A stretch of 63,628 bases of DNA, taken from contig CAIMEH010000002.1 of the NCBI GenBank assembly GCA_903839975.1, positions 1 to 63,628 of the forward strand, read 5' to 3'. The first letter of the stretch is position 1; every line of letters starts with the position of its first letter. The position numbers were made by a program, and so were the translations under genes. The notes beneath the pieces were generated by a model. That model made no database searches. It was not told the origin of the DNA and saw only the letters and a list, made by a program, of their open reading frames with translations. Of this stretch, positions 7,702 through 16,234 are shown piece after piece. Source of the DNA: an uncultured Candidatus Berkelbacteria bacterium (GTDB lineage: Bacteria > Patescibacteriota > UBA1384 > 2-12-FULL-50-11).

Positions 7702-10650
7702 ATGCAGGATTTTTTGAAAGTAAAAAAACTATTAAATAAACAACAGCTGGAAGCCGTCGAGTCCATCGAAGGCCCAGTAATGGTTTTGGCAGGGCCAGGT
7801 ACTGGCAAGACTCAGGTTGTGGCGGTTCGTATCGCCGAGATTCTGCAAAATACTCAAATATCCCCACGCAATATTTTGGCTCTAACTTTTACCGAAGCCG
7901 GTGTTACGGCTTTGCGTTCGCGCTTGGAGTCGATAATAGGCCCGGACGCCTACCAAGTTACAATTGCTACTTTTCACGGCTTTGCCAACGAGATTATCGG
8001 CACATTCCCCTATCTCTTTAATTTCGATGATAAAGCGGCACAGATTGCCGAGCTTGATCGTTTTATGTTGTTGGAAAAAATTGTTTCTGAGTTGCCAGAT
8101 ATAAAACTGCTCCGACCGCTTAAAGTTCCGATGACACACATAAAAGCTATCGGCGATTCGATAAAGACTTGTAAGCAGGAAGCTATCTCTCCTGACGATT
8201 TGCGCAAACTTTCCAAGAAACAAATTGCCGATGTAAATAAGCAAGAAAAAAATTCCAAGGCCGAAAAAGAAAAGATAATTAATTTCTCCGAAAAGAATAT
8301 TGAGTTGGCGGATATCTACGAAAAATATCAGGAAGATTTAACAAAAACCCAGCGCTACGACTACGAAGATATGATTTTGTTAGTCGTCGATGCCACGCAG
8401 AACAACGAGGAGCTTCGACTCCACTACCAGGAACGTTACCAATATATTTTGGTTGATGAGTATCAAGACACAAATAACGGTCAGAACTCTTTAGTTGAAG
8501 TCTTGGCTAGTTTTTTTGAAAATCCAAACTTGTTTGTGGTTGGCGATGACAAGCAAGCAATCTTCCGTTTCCAGGGAGCGTCGGTAGCTAATATGCTTCA
8601 CTTCGTCAAAAAATTCCCTGATATTAAGATTGTCTCGCTGAAAGATAATTACCGCAGCTGTCCGGAAATACTATCGACTGCTGGTGAATTAATTAAAAAT
8701 AATACCCATCAAATTTGCGCCTATTTGGATGGAGTTAACGGCGATTTATCCGCCGTTACTGATTCCTGTGGCAAGCCGCAGCAAGTTAACTTACCGACAA
8801 AATTAAGCCAGTATGGCTGGATTATTGATGAAATTAAAAAGCTTACAAAAGCAGGCGCAACTCTTGAAAATATCGCAGTATTATTTCGGGTTAACAACGA
8901 CGTTCGCGAGTTTCGTTCGCTAGCGGAAAAAAGCGGTTTAATGGTCAGTGGCGCCTTAACTTCCAATTTAATATTTGAGCCGGAAATACAATTATTAATT
9001 ACAATCCTCCACGCCATCGATAAACCTCTTTACGATATGTACACAATTCCAACTTTACGAGCTTTAAGCGACGCTCCCGAGCTAATCGATCTGCTGGAAA
9101 TTATGCATACAAAAAAACGTGGCGAAAAATTAATTCCGGAATTACTAAAAAGCCAAAATAGGGCATTAGCAGCAACAGCTGCTAATCAAATTATTAGCCT
9201 CCATAAGACTGCCCAGAAATCTTCGCTTACGGAATTGTTTGAAATAATAATTGACAGCACTACAATTCTTGATCAAGTTCGGCTGCGACCAAACCATCTT
9301 GAGGGTTTGGAATTTATCTCCGCATTTCTAGATGAAGCAAAACGATTTTCTATGCGTCGCCCAGCCGCCAAGCTCAATGACTTCTTAGAGTATTTGGAGT
9401 TATTAAATCGTTACAATATCCAAATTCCAATTAACCGTGTCTTGCCGGAACGTGAAGGTGTCTTTGTCTCCACCGTTCATGGCGCTAAGGGCCTAGAGTT
9501 CGAAACTGTTTTTATGCCAAATACCGACGAGAAAAACTGGAACGAGCGCAAAAGTCGTTCCGTTATTAAATTACCTAGTGCAATTGTCGACCTACGAGAC
9601 TGGAACGACGATCCAGCCGAAGATGATCGCCGAGTATTCTATGTTGGCCTTACTCGGGCAAAGAAGAATCTTTATTTAACGATGTCGGATACCAATGGCG
9701 ACGGCAAAGAGCTTCTTCCTTGCCGATTCATCTCGGAGATTAGCGAAACGCTGGATAAAAAAGTGGTAAAAGTCACAGCCGCCCAGGCAGAAAAACAATA
9801 TCAAAAAGTTTTGACCCCGGTCCCCTCTTCCGCTATTGCTAAGCGCGAACTGGAATATATTTGTGAGCGGGTTAAAAATATTCCGTTCTCTTACAGCGCA
9901 CTTAAAACTTATAAACAGTGTCCGAAACAATATTTATTAAAATATATATTTAACCTGCCGACCGAGCCCACAATTCCGTTGGTCTATGGTAGTGCTGTTC
10001 ACCGAGCTTTGGAATTATTCTTCCGGGCATTTAAAGCAAAGAAATATTTACCGAACAAGAACGAACTACTGGATTATTTCCGCCTGGCTTTGAATCAGCA
10101 ACCTTACGTCGAACAAAAAGAAGGAGTACTTTCTCAAGGGCTTTTAGTACTTTCGGCCTATTACGATTTAAACAAAGAAAAATGGCAGATTCCTGTTGAG
10201 GTTGAATCTTTACTTACCGGCCACAAAATAATGCTTGGAGACGCTTGGCTAACCGGTAAATTCGACCGGGTGGATGTAATAGATCCACAAACAAAATCTG
10301 TTCGCTTAGTTGACTATAAAACTGTTTCTAAACTACCAAGCATGAACGAGATAGTCGGTAATACCAAAAATAGTGACGGCGACTACAAAACGCAGCTTGT
10401 CTTCTACTCACTTCTAACTGAGCTTGATCCCCTATTTCCTTATCGTGCCACAGAATTCTCGCTAGATTTTATCGGCGATAAACTGGAATTCAAAACAGAA
10501 ACATTGCTAGTCTCCCGTGAAGAGCGCGAAGAATTAAAGAAAGAAATTGAAATAGTTTTCAAAGAAATCTTAGAACGAAAAAGTTTTCCACACACTCGCG
10601 ACGAGTTCGACCACGGCTGCGAAGTTTGTGCAGCCTTCCCAAGTCTTTAA
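7702..10650 (+). CDS. UvrD/PcrA-type helicase fused to a C-terminal PD-(D/E)XK (Cas4/AddB-like) nuclease domain
   Basis: N-terminal AGPGTGKT Walker A and VDEYQDTN motif. C-terminal DRVD...VDYKT nuclease motif, plus Cys at YKQCPKQY and a terminal HGCEVCA (4-Cys arrangement). Confidence 0.8.
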   Translation: MQDFLKVKKLLNKQQLEAVESIEGPVMVLAGPGTGKTQVVAVRIAEILQNTQISPRNILALTFTEAGVTALRSRLESIIGPDAYQVTIATFHGFANEIIGTFPYLFNFDDKAAQIAELDRFMLLEKIVSELPDIKLLRPLKVPMTHIKAIGDSIKTCKQEAISPDDLRKLSKKQIADVNKQEKNSKAEKEKIINFSEKNIELADIYEKYQEDLTKTQRYDYEDMILLVVDATQNNEELRLHYQERYQYILVDEYQDTNNGQNSLVEVLASFFENPNLFVVGDDKQAIFRFQGASVANMLHFVKKFPDIKIVSLKDNYRSCPEILSTAGELIKNNTHQICAYLDGVNGDLSAVTDSCGKPQQVNLPTKLSQYGWIIDEIKKLTKAGATLENIAVLFRVNNDVREFRSLAEKSGLMVSGALTSNLIFEPEIQLLITILHAIDKPLYDMYTIPTLRALSDAPELIDLLEIMHTKKRGEKLIPELLKSQNRALAATAANQIISLHKTAQKSSLTELFEIIIDSTTILDQVRLRPNHLEGLEFISAFLDEAKRFSMRRPAAKLNDFLEYLELLNRYNIQIPINRVLPEREGVFVSTVHGAKGLEFETVFMPNTDEKNWNERKSRSVIKLPSAIVDLRDWNDDPAEDDRRVFYVGLTRAKKNLYLTMSDTNGDGKELLPCRFISEISETLDKKVVKVTAAQAEKQYQKVLTPVPSSAIAKRELEYICERVKNIPFSYSALKTYKQCPKQYLLKYIFNLPTEPTIPLVYGSAVHRALELFFRAFKAKKYLPNKNELLDYFRLALNQQPYVEQKEGVLSQGLLVLSAYYDLNKEKWQIPVEVESLLTGHKIMLGDAWLTGKFDRVDVIDPQTKSVRLVDYKTVSKLPSMNEIVGNTKNSDGDYKTQLVFYSLLTELDPLFPYRATEFSLDFIGDKLEFKTETLLVSREEREELKKEIEIVFKEILERKSFPHTRDEFDHGCEVCAAFPSL

Positions 10651-10934
10651 GACAAGGCCTTGTTAATTGCGCTAACTAAAGAAGTTTTGCTTTGGGCGCC
10701 AACGAAGTGTTCCACAACTTCGCCGTCTTTTTCAACGAAGTAAGTTGGCATGGCCATAACTTGGTACTTGGCGACAACAGCCTGATTCTCGGCGGCATCG
10801 ACATCGTATTTTTCAACGGTAATTTTACCTTCAAACTCTTTTTCAATCTCTTCGATAATAGGGTTCATAGCTTTACAAGGTCCACACCACGCTGCCCAGA
10901 AATCAATTAATTTTACGGAAGTATTTTCGCTCAT
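10647..10934 (-). CDS. trxA: Thioredoxin
   Basis: WCGPC active site, 95 aa. Confidence 0.9.
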   Translation of the reverse strand: MSENTSVKLIDFWAAWCGPCKAMNPIIEEIEKEFEGKITVEKYDVDAAENQAVVAKYQVMAMPTYFVEKDGEVVEHFVGAQSKTSLVSAINKALS

Positions 10935-10959
10935 TTATAAGTTCCTTTCTTTGTCTAAA

Positions 10960-11496
10960 TTAGGATAGCCAGCCGTTAACGGTCTTGTCAAATGCGGTTA
11001 AAAACTTACGATTTTCAACCAGCTGGTAAACCTTAAAGAAGCCAACCGTGTAAACCATATCGCCCAAAACAGTCCATTTCAGGAAAGGTAGACCCATAAC
11101 GTAGCTTTCCATCAATCCGGCGGCGGTGTGTGGGTATAGTCCCCCAACCTGCCAGGAGCCGAAGTTGGTAATTAGGAAAAAGATAACTGAGCCAGTTAGG
11201 CTAATTGCTCCGATTTTGGCAACGCTCGGATTGCCTTTTAATACTTTCTCGCCCAGAAAAACGGCAATCATAAACGATACATAAACGTAAATCATGGTCT
11301 TGTGAAAGCCCAAGAAATAATCGGTAACGAGCATAATTCCAATTGGCAGTAAGTAGTTTAGAGGTCTAGATAACTTTGAGCCACCAAACAAAGCTGTACC
11401 ACCAACGGCGGTAAAGTTTGGTGGGTGTGGTAGAAAACGACTTATGACGGCCAGGATGGTTAAGAGCCCGGCGGAAGGTTTTAGATCTTTTTGCAT
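10960..11496 (-). CDS. DUF6580-like polytopic membrane protein, putative vitamin/cofactor transporter component
   Basis: I recognise the LPHPPNFTAVGG N-terminal signature as the DUF6580 family. The start was moved to ATG 11496 (MQKDLK...), because the Cys-rich 62-aa extension in the ORF track overlies a promoter and terminator hairpin. Confidence 0.55.
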   Translation of the reverse strand: MQKDLKPSAGLLTILAVISRFLPHPPNFTAVGGTALFGGSKLSRPLNYLLPIGIMLVTDYFLGFHKTMIYVYVSFMIAVFLGEKVLKGNPSVAKIGAISLTGSVIFFLITNFGSWQVGGLYPHTAAGLMESYVMGLPFLKWTVLGDMVYTVGFFKVYQLVENRKFLTAFDKTVNGWLS

Positions 11497-11546
11497 GCAG
11501 TAATTAAAATAACAAAATTTTGGGATTTTAAAACCCCTGCAGTAAC

Positions 11547-11623
11547 AAAAAACACAGGGACATTTAGTGCCGTATCTACGGGAGGGGTACGAGATACGGC
11601 ACATAAACACCTCTGTGTTTTTG
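11547..11623 (-). promoter_or_regulatory. Promoter-proximal long stem-loop plus U6 (attenuator / riboswitch-like leader)
   Basis: Outer stem acacagagg/cccugugu, perfect 11-bp inner stem gugccguaucu/agauacggcac, C-rich 14-nt loop, then uuuuuu. It lies between the promoter (11654-11682) and the ATG (11496). Confidence 0.5.
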
Positions 11624-11653
11624 TGCGCAAATAAATAAAATGTTAACGCTGAC

Positions 11654-11682
11654 AATATATCAAAATCACCTCTGGCGGTCAA
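11654..11682 (-). promoter_or_regulatory. Sigma70-like promoter, TTGACC-N17-TATATT
   Basis: The reverse complement reads ttgaccgccagaggtgattttgatatatt. Confidence 0.6.
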
Positions 11683-11707
11683 GAGGTATTACTGTAACTT
11701 TTCACAA

Positions 11708-12271
11708 CTACTTTTCTTGCTGCCAAATCTGTTCGACTTGCTTGTGAGAATGGTTAACAAAGCGGGCCATCTCAAACATAAAATCCGACAACCGATTAAT
11801 GTAGATAGAAATTTCTTTGAGCTTATATTCGTTCCCGAGCCTATGGTAGGCCCGTTCGGATTGTCTAACAAATGTCCTTGAAAGATGTAGTGCCGAACCG
11901 GCTGTGGAGCCTCCAGGCAGAATAAAGTTCTTTAACGGAGGCATTTGCTTGTCCCAAGAATCGATCTGGAGTTCCATCTCCTCGGTCTCTTTTGGCAAGC
12001 GTTTAATAATGGCGGCGTCGGCCGGATTCTCACAAGCCAAACAAGAACCGAGCTCAAAGATATTTTTTTGAATGCGATTTAGCCAGGTTCTTACATCTTT
12101 ATCTTCTTTTGATAGGTGTGATATTGCTACGCCTATGCTGGCATTGCTTTGATCTAGGTTGCCCAAGACTTCAAAGATTTGATCTCTCTTCGGCAGACGT
12201 CTTTTACCAGGCAACCCAGTCTCGCCCTTATCGCCACCTTTAGTGTAGATTGTCGCCTTGTGTTCAGCCAT
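11708..12271 (-). CDS. PduO-type ATP:cob(I)alamin adenosyltransferase
   Basis: IYTKGGDKGETGL N-terminal signature. ATG at 12271 is preferred over the listed TTG at 12283. Confidence 0.85.
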   Translation of the reverse strand: MAEHKATIYTKGGDKGETGLPGKRRLPKRDQIFEVLGNLDQSNASIGVAISHLSKEDKDVRTWLNRIQKNIFELGSCLACENPADAAIIKRLPKETEEMELQIDSWDKQMPPLKNFILPGGSTAGSALHLSRTFVRQSERAYHRLGNEYKLKEISIYINRLSDFMFEMARFVNHSHKQVEQIWQQEK

Positions 12272-12533
12272 TTTTAAATGCAATTATTTGAAACCCATAT
12301 TTCTCGATTTCTTCACTACTCCACGCAGTTTGTTCCTTTGTCTTTCCGACGTAAGTTACTATTTTATCAATCTGTCTCCCGGTGTAACTTTTTGTTTCTG
12401 GATCCCATTCTTCTAGAACAAGTTTGTCTCCTGCTTTACAATCAAAGTCGGCTAGTCTTAGGTCATAGGTTTTTACGCCATCCCTAATTGCTTGAAAATA
12501 TTCTGGCCAAGCTTTTTTCTTGATAGTTTTCAT
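12264..12533 (-). CDS. DUF3850 / ASCH-like domain protein
   Basis: WPEYFQAIRDGVKTYDLR...YTGR pattern typical of DUF3850, 89 aa. Confidence 0.65.
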   Translation of the reverse strand: MKTIKKKAWPEYFQAIRDGVKTYDLRLADFDCKAGDKLVLEEWDPETKSYTGRQIDKIVTYVGKTKEQTAWSSEEIEKYGFQIIAFKNG

Positions 12534-12651
12534 ATTTGTTATTTTAGCACTGTTTATATGGATATTGTCTGTACGAAAATTCCCAAAAATTTTTGTTGGC
12601 CGTCAGTTCAATGTTAAAAATTTTTGCAGAATTTTCTCCAAGTCCCGTCTA

Positions 12652-12689
12652 GGGGCGTTTCGGGGTAAGGGGTCGTAGGGGCCTAGGGG
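12652..12689 (+). other. G-quadruplex-type motif (five GGGG tracts)
   Basis: GGGGcgtttcGGGGtaaGGGGtcgtaGGGGcctaGGGG on the plus strand, about 60 nt downstream of the minus-strand nrdJ stop. Confidence 0.5.
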
Positions 12690-12751
12690 CCGGCTCGCAA
12701 AAAGGCCCCTGGCTCCCTACAAAAATGGTGCGATTAAAACTGCTAATGTTT

Positions 12752-15700
12752 TTAGCTACATCCCCCCGTAGTTGAGCCGCAAGACAAGCAAGTGTAGCAG
12801 GTGCCGGTCTTGGTGGTCATTGAGCCACAGTTTGGGCATGGTGGTGCATCGCTCTGAACGGTTGGCTGCTTTGGCATACTATTATCATCTTCTTCCACTA
12901 GTAGTGTTGCTTGAGCTGGGCTAACTTCTACCTCAACGGTTTCAGGCTTTTTTGGCGCCTCGGTTAGGTCAAGCTTAGATTGTTCGCTGGCAGCAGCGTC
13001 TTTAGATACCTTAATCCCCAGCTCGAGCTGTTCCTCGGGGCTTAGGAATTTAATTGCCATATAGCGAGCAACGTAGTCGGTAAATGACTTGGCAATTCTA
13101 ATCTGTGGATTGGTGGTAAAACCATACGGCTCGTAGTGCTGATTAATTAGCTTAGTTACCAAGACCGACAGTGGAATGCCGTACTGAAGCGACAAAGAAA
13201 ACATCAGAGCCCAAGAATCCATAATTCCGCTGATCATACTCCCCTGCTTGGCCATGGTGATGAAGATCTCGCCTGGCTGACCGTTTTCGTAAAGACCGGT
13301 GGTGATATAACCCTCGTGGCCAGCGATACTAAATTTATGAGTAATAGCTTTGCGTTCGTCTGGTAGGCGTTTGCGGCGAGTCTCGTATACAACCTGAACT
13401 TTTTCCTCGGTGGCTTTGTCGTCAGCGGCTTCCTTTTTGGTGTTAAGCGGCTGGCTAGATTTTGAGCCATCACGGTAAAGTGCCAATGCTTTTAGGCCGA
13501 GTTTCCAAGATTGGATGTAGACATTTTTAACATCCTCGACGGTAGCGTCGTTTGGCATGTTGATGGTTTTAGAGATAGCACCAGAGATGAACGGCTGAGC
13601 AGCGGCCATCATACGAACATGGCCCATTGGCTCGATGTAACGTGTGCCGTTATTGCCACATTTGTTAGCACAGTCGAAGACGGCGTAATGCTCTTTCTTA
13701 AGATGTGGTGCGCCTTCAGTTGTCTGGGTGCCACAGATTTTTTCGTTACTCTCGTTAATCTCGAAGTCGGTAAAACCAAGTTTCTTTAAGAGTGAGAACG
13801 ATGGCAAGGCCTCTTCGTCTTTGCTTATTTCCAGGCGCTCAAAGGCAGCGTCGCCGATAGTGTAGCGATTAAAGACGTAGGTCATATCAAAAGCGTTTGG
13901 TAGAACCTTTTCCACTGCGGCCACTTCTTCTTCGGTTAGGCCTTTTTTAAGTAAGGTATCTTTATTAACTGGAGTGCCATTATTAAGTGTTCCAGTTCCA
14001 ATGGCGTGGGTAATAATGTCTTGCTGTTCCTGCTCGGTGTAACCAAGATTTTTTAAGGCACGGCGAACACCGTTGTTAACGATTTTCATAGAACCGCCGC
14101 CGGCTAATTTCTTGAATTTAACTAAGGCGAAGTCTGGTTCTATACCGGTAGTGTCACAGTCCATTAAGAGGCCAATGGTGCCGGTTGGAGCCAAAACAGT
14201 TGTCTGTGAGTTGCGGTAACCAAACTGTTCGCCCAGGGCGACAGCTTCGTCCCAGTCTTGGTGGGCAGCTTCAAGTAATGGCTCTGGACAGTGCTTTTCT
14301 TCGATGCGGTAAGCAGCCGAGCGGTGCTTTTTCATAACATTAAGCATTGGGGCGCGGTTTTTAACAAAACCGTTGAATGGTCCTTTAACAGCAGCCAACT
14401 CGGCCGAGGTCTTGTAGGCATGGCCACACATGATGGCAGTTAGGGCTCCACCGATAGCTGTTCCTTCTGGCGAGTCGTAAGGCACGCCCATAAGCATTAA
14501 GGTTGCGCCAAGGTTGGCGTAGCCCAAGCCCAGCGGTCGGTAGTCGTGGCTATTCTTGGTGATTGGGTCGGTTGGGTATGACGACAAGTCAACAGCTATC
14601 TCTTGGCTAATAAGCATTATTCGGCAGGCATGGCGGTAACCAGCGATATCGAAGCTACCATCTTCGTTCAAGTATTTTGCCAGATTGATTGAGGCTAAAT
14701 TACAAGCAGAGTCATCGAGGAACATATACTCCGAACATGGGTTTGAGGCATTGATTCGGGCGGTGTTCGGGCAGGTGTGCATATCGTTAATCGTGGTATC
14801 AAACTGTAAACCTGGGTCGGCACAGCTCCAAGCGGCCTGGGCGATTTTGTCCATAAGCTCGCGAGCTTTGTAGGTCTGGTGGACCTCGCCGGTCGTGTGC
14901 ATTTTGGTTGACCACTCACCATCGTTCTCGTAGGCATTCATAAATTCATCGGTAACACGAACTGAATTGTTGGCGTTCTGTCCGGAGACGGTGTGATAAG
15001 CCTCGCCGTTAAAGTCGGCATCGTAGCCAGCGGCAATTAGAGCTTGGGCTTTTTTCTCTTCTTTGATCTTCCAATCGATAAAATCGACGACCTCTGGGTG
15101 GTCGATATTGACCACCACCATCTTGGCGGCTCGTCTAGTGGTGCCACCGGATTTAACAGAATCGGCAGCACGGTCGAAGACACGTAGGAAGCTGATTAAG
15201 CCGCTACTTGTTCCCCCACCACTGAGACGCTCATATTTACTGCGCAAGTTCGAGAAGTTGGCACCGGCGCCAGAGCCGTACTTGAAGATACGTGATTCAG
15301 TTTTAATCGATTCAAAGATTCCTGATAGCGAATCTTGGACCGAAAGAATAAAACAAGCCGAGCACTGTGGATTGCGGTAGGCATTATTAGACTCAAGCAC
15401 TTTTTCTGCTTTGAAGTCCCAATAAAAAGAGCCGCTCGTGCCTTCGATACCGTACTGATGGTATAGACCACAGTTGAACCAGACTGGCGAGTTAAAGGCA
15501 GCTTTTTGATTGATTAATATATGTAGCAGTTCGTCTTCGTAAGTCTGACGATCGGCTTTGCTGGCGAAGTAACCGAACTTCTCGCCAAAATCGGCCATTG
15601 TGTGAGCGATACGATAAACTGCCTGTTTGGCGCTGGTCTCGCGGCCAGCCTCGGTTTTCAGACCGGCTTTGCGCAGATATTTGTAAGCTAATATGTCAGT

Positions 15701-15982
15701 GGCAAGTTGAGTCCAGAAATTTGGTACTTCAATATCTTTGATCTGTGATATAACATTGCCTTTTTCATCGGTAATTAACGAGACGCGTTTATCCCAAACG
15801 ATATCTTTAAAGACATCTTCGCCTTCTTTAGTAAAACGACGACTAATAGTCAGGCCTGGTTTCATATTCTTTTGGTTTTTGTCTGGTGACTTACCGTTTT
15901 TTTCTTTGGGGTCAAAATTTACTGAGATTTCAACCGGTTGTAGAACAATATTACTAATATCGTCGTTTTTGTCTTTTGCCAT
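12752..15982 (-). CDS. nrdJ: Class II adenosylcobalamin-dependent ribonucleotide reductase
   Basis: 1076 aa with RNR class II core motifs and a Cys-rich C-terminal tail (CPNCGS...CYTCLSCGSTTGGCS). Confidence 0.9.
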   Translation of the reverse strand: MAKDKNDDISNIVLQPVEISVNFDPKEKNGKSPDKNQKNMKPGLTISRRFTKEGEDVFKDIVWDKRVSLITDEKGNVISQIKDIEVPNFWTQLATDILAYKYLRKAGLKTEAGRETSAKQAVYRIAHTMADFGEKFGYFASKADRQTYEDELLHILINQKAAFNSPVWFNCGLYHQYGIEGTSGSFYWDFKAEKVLESNNAYRNPQCSACFILSVQDSLSGIFESIKTESRIFKYGSGAGANFSNLRSKYERLSGGGTSSGLISFLRVFDRAADSVKSGGTTRRAAKMVVVNIDHPEVVDFIDWKIKEEKKAQALIAAGYDADFNGEAYHTVSGQNANNSVRVTDEFMNAYENDGEWSTKMHTTGEVHQTYKARELMDKIAQAAWSCADPGLQFDTTINDMHTCPNTARINASNPCSEYMFLDDSACNLASINLAKYLNEDGSFDIAGYRHACRIMLISQEIAVDLSSYPTDPITKNSHDYRPLGLGYANLGATLMLMGVPYDSPEGTAIGGALTAIMCGHAYKTSAELAAVKGPFNGFVKNRAPMLNVMKKHRSAAYRIEEKHCPEPLLEAAHQDWDEAVALGEQFGYRNSQTTVLAPTGTIGLLMDCDTTGIEPDFALVKFKKLAGGGSMKIVNNGVRRALKNLGYTEQEQQDIITHAIGTGTLNNGTPVNKDTLLKKGLTEEEVAAVEKVLPNAFDMTYVFNRYTIGDAAFERLEISKDEEALPSFSLLKKLGFTDFEINESNEKICGTQTTEGAPHLKKEHYAVFDCANKCGNNGTRYIEPMGHVRMMAAAQPFISGAISKTINMPNDATVEDVKNVYIQSWKLGLKALALYRDGSKSSQPLNTKKEAADDKATEEKVQVVYETRRKRLPDERKAITHKFSIAGHEGYITTGLYENGQPGEIFITMAKQGSMISGIMDSWALMFSLSLQYGIPLSVLVTKLINQHYEPYGFTTNPQIRIAKSFTDYVARYMAIKFLSPEEQLELGIKVSKDAAASEQSKLDLTEAPKKPETVEVEVSPAQATLLVEEDDNSMPKQPTVQSDAPPCPNCGSMTTKTGTCYTCLSCGSTTGGCS

Positions 15983-16234
15983 GCGGTAAACCCTCCTGTT
16001 AGTTAGTTAATTGATGAAATATTGTCCAGCTCTATGTAATTGCTACCCTATCACATCGCACCGTGAAGCTGTCAAGATATATACTACTACTGACTAAAAC
16101 CGAACTATAAATCAATGGTAAACCGTACAAAAACCGAAATAGCAGCAATCACTTGCTGCAAATATACCATCTAAAATATTAATCTATCTCAGTTTGCGGC
16201 GTATCTCCCCCTTGGGTCGATTCGTCGTTCGCTT

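Noticed and set aside
11547-11623. Calling the DUF6580 leader a cobalamin riboswitch.
   Set aside because: The context is suggestive, but the B12 box and GCCACUG core are not present, and the element (about 75-150 nt) is much shorter than classical cobalamin riboswitches. It is kept only as an unclassified attenuator candidate.
11497-11682. The Cys-rich 62-aa N-terminal extension of the 10960-11682 ORF.
   Set aside because: The extension overlies a consensus promoter and a terminator-type hairpin, and its sequence (…CPCVFCYCRGFKIPKFCYFNYC) looks like translated structured RNA. The family-typical sequence starts at the internal Met (11496).
16040-16075. NrdR-box-like AT-rich sequence (tagtatatatctt) overlapping the putative nrdJ -35 (TTGACA).
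   Set aside because: There is only one weak, imperfect palindrome, and no second box at the usual helical spacing. It cannot be distinguished from ordinary AT-rich promoter DNA.
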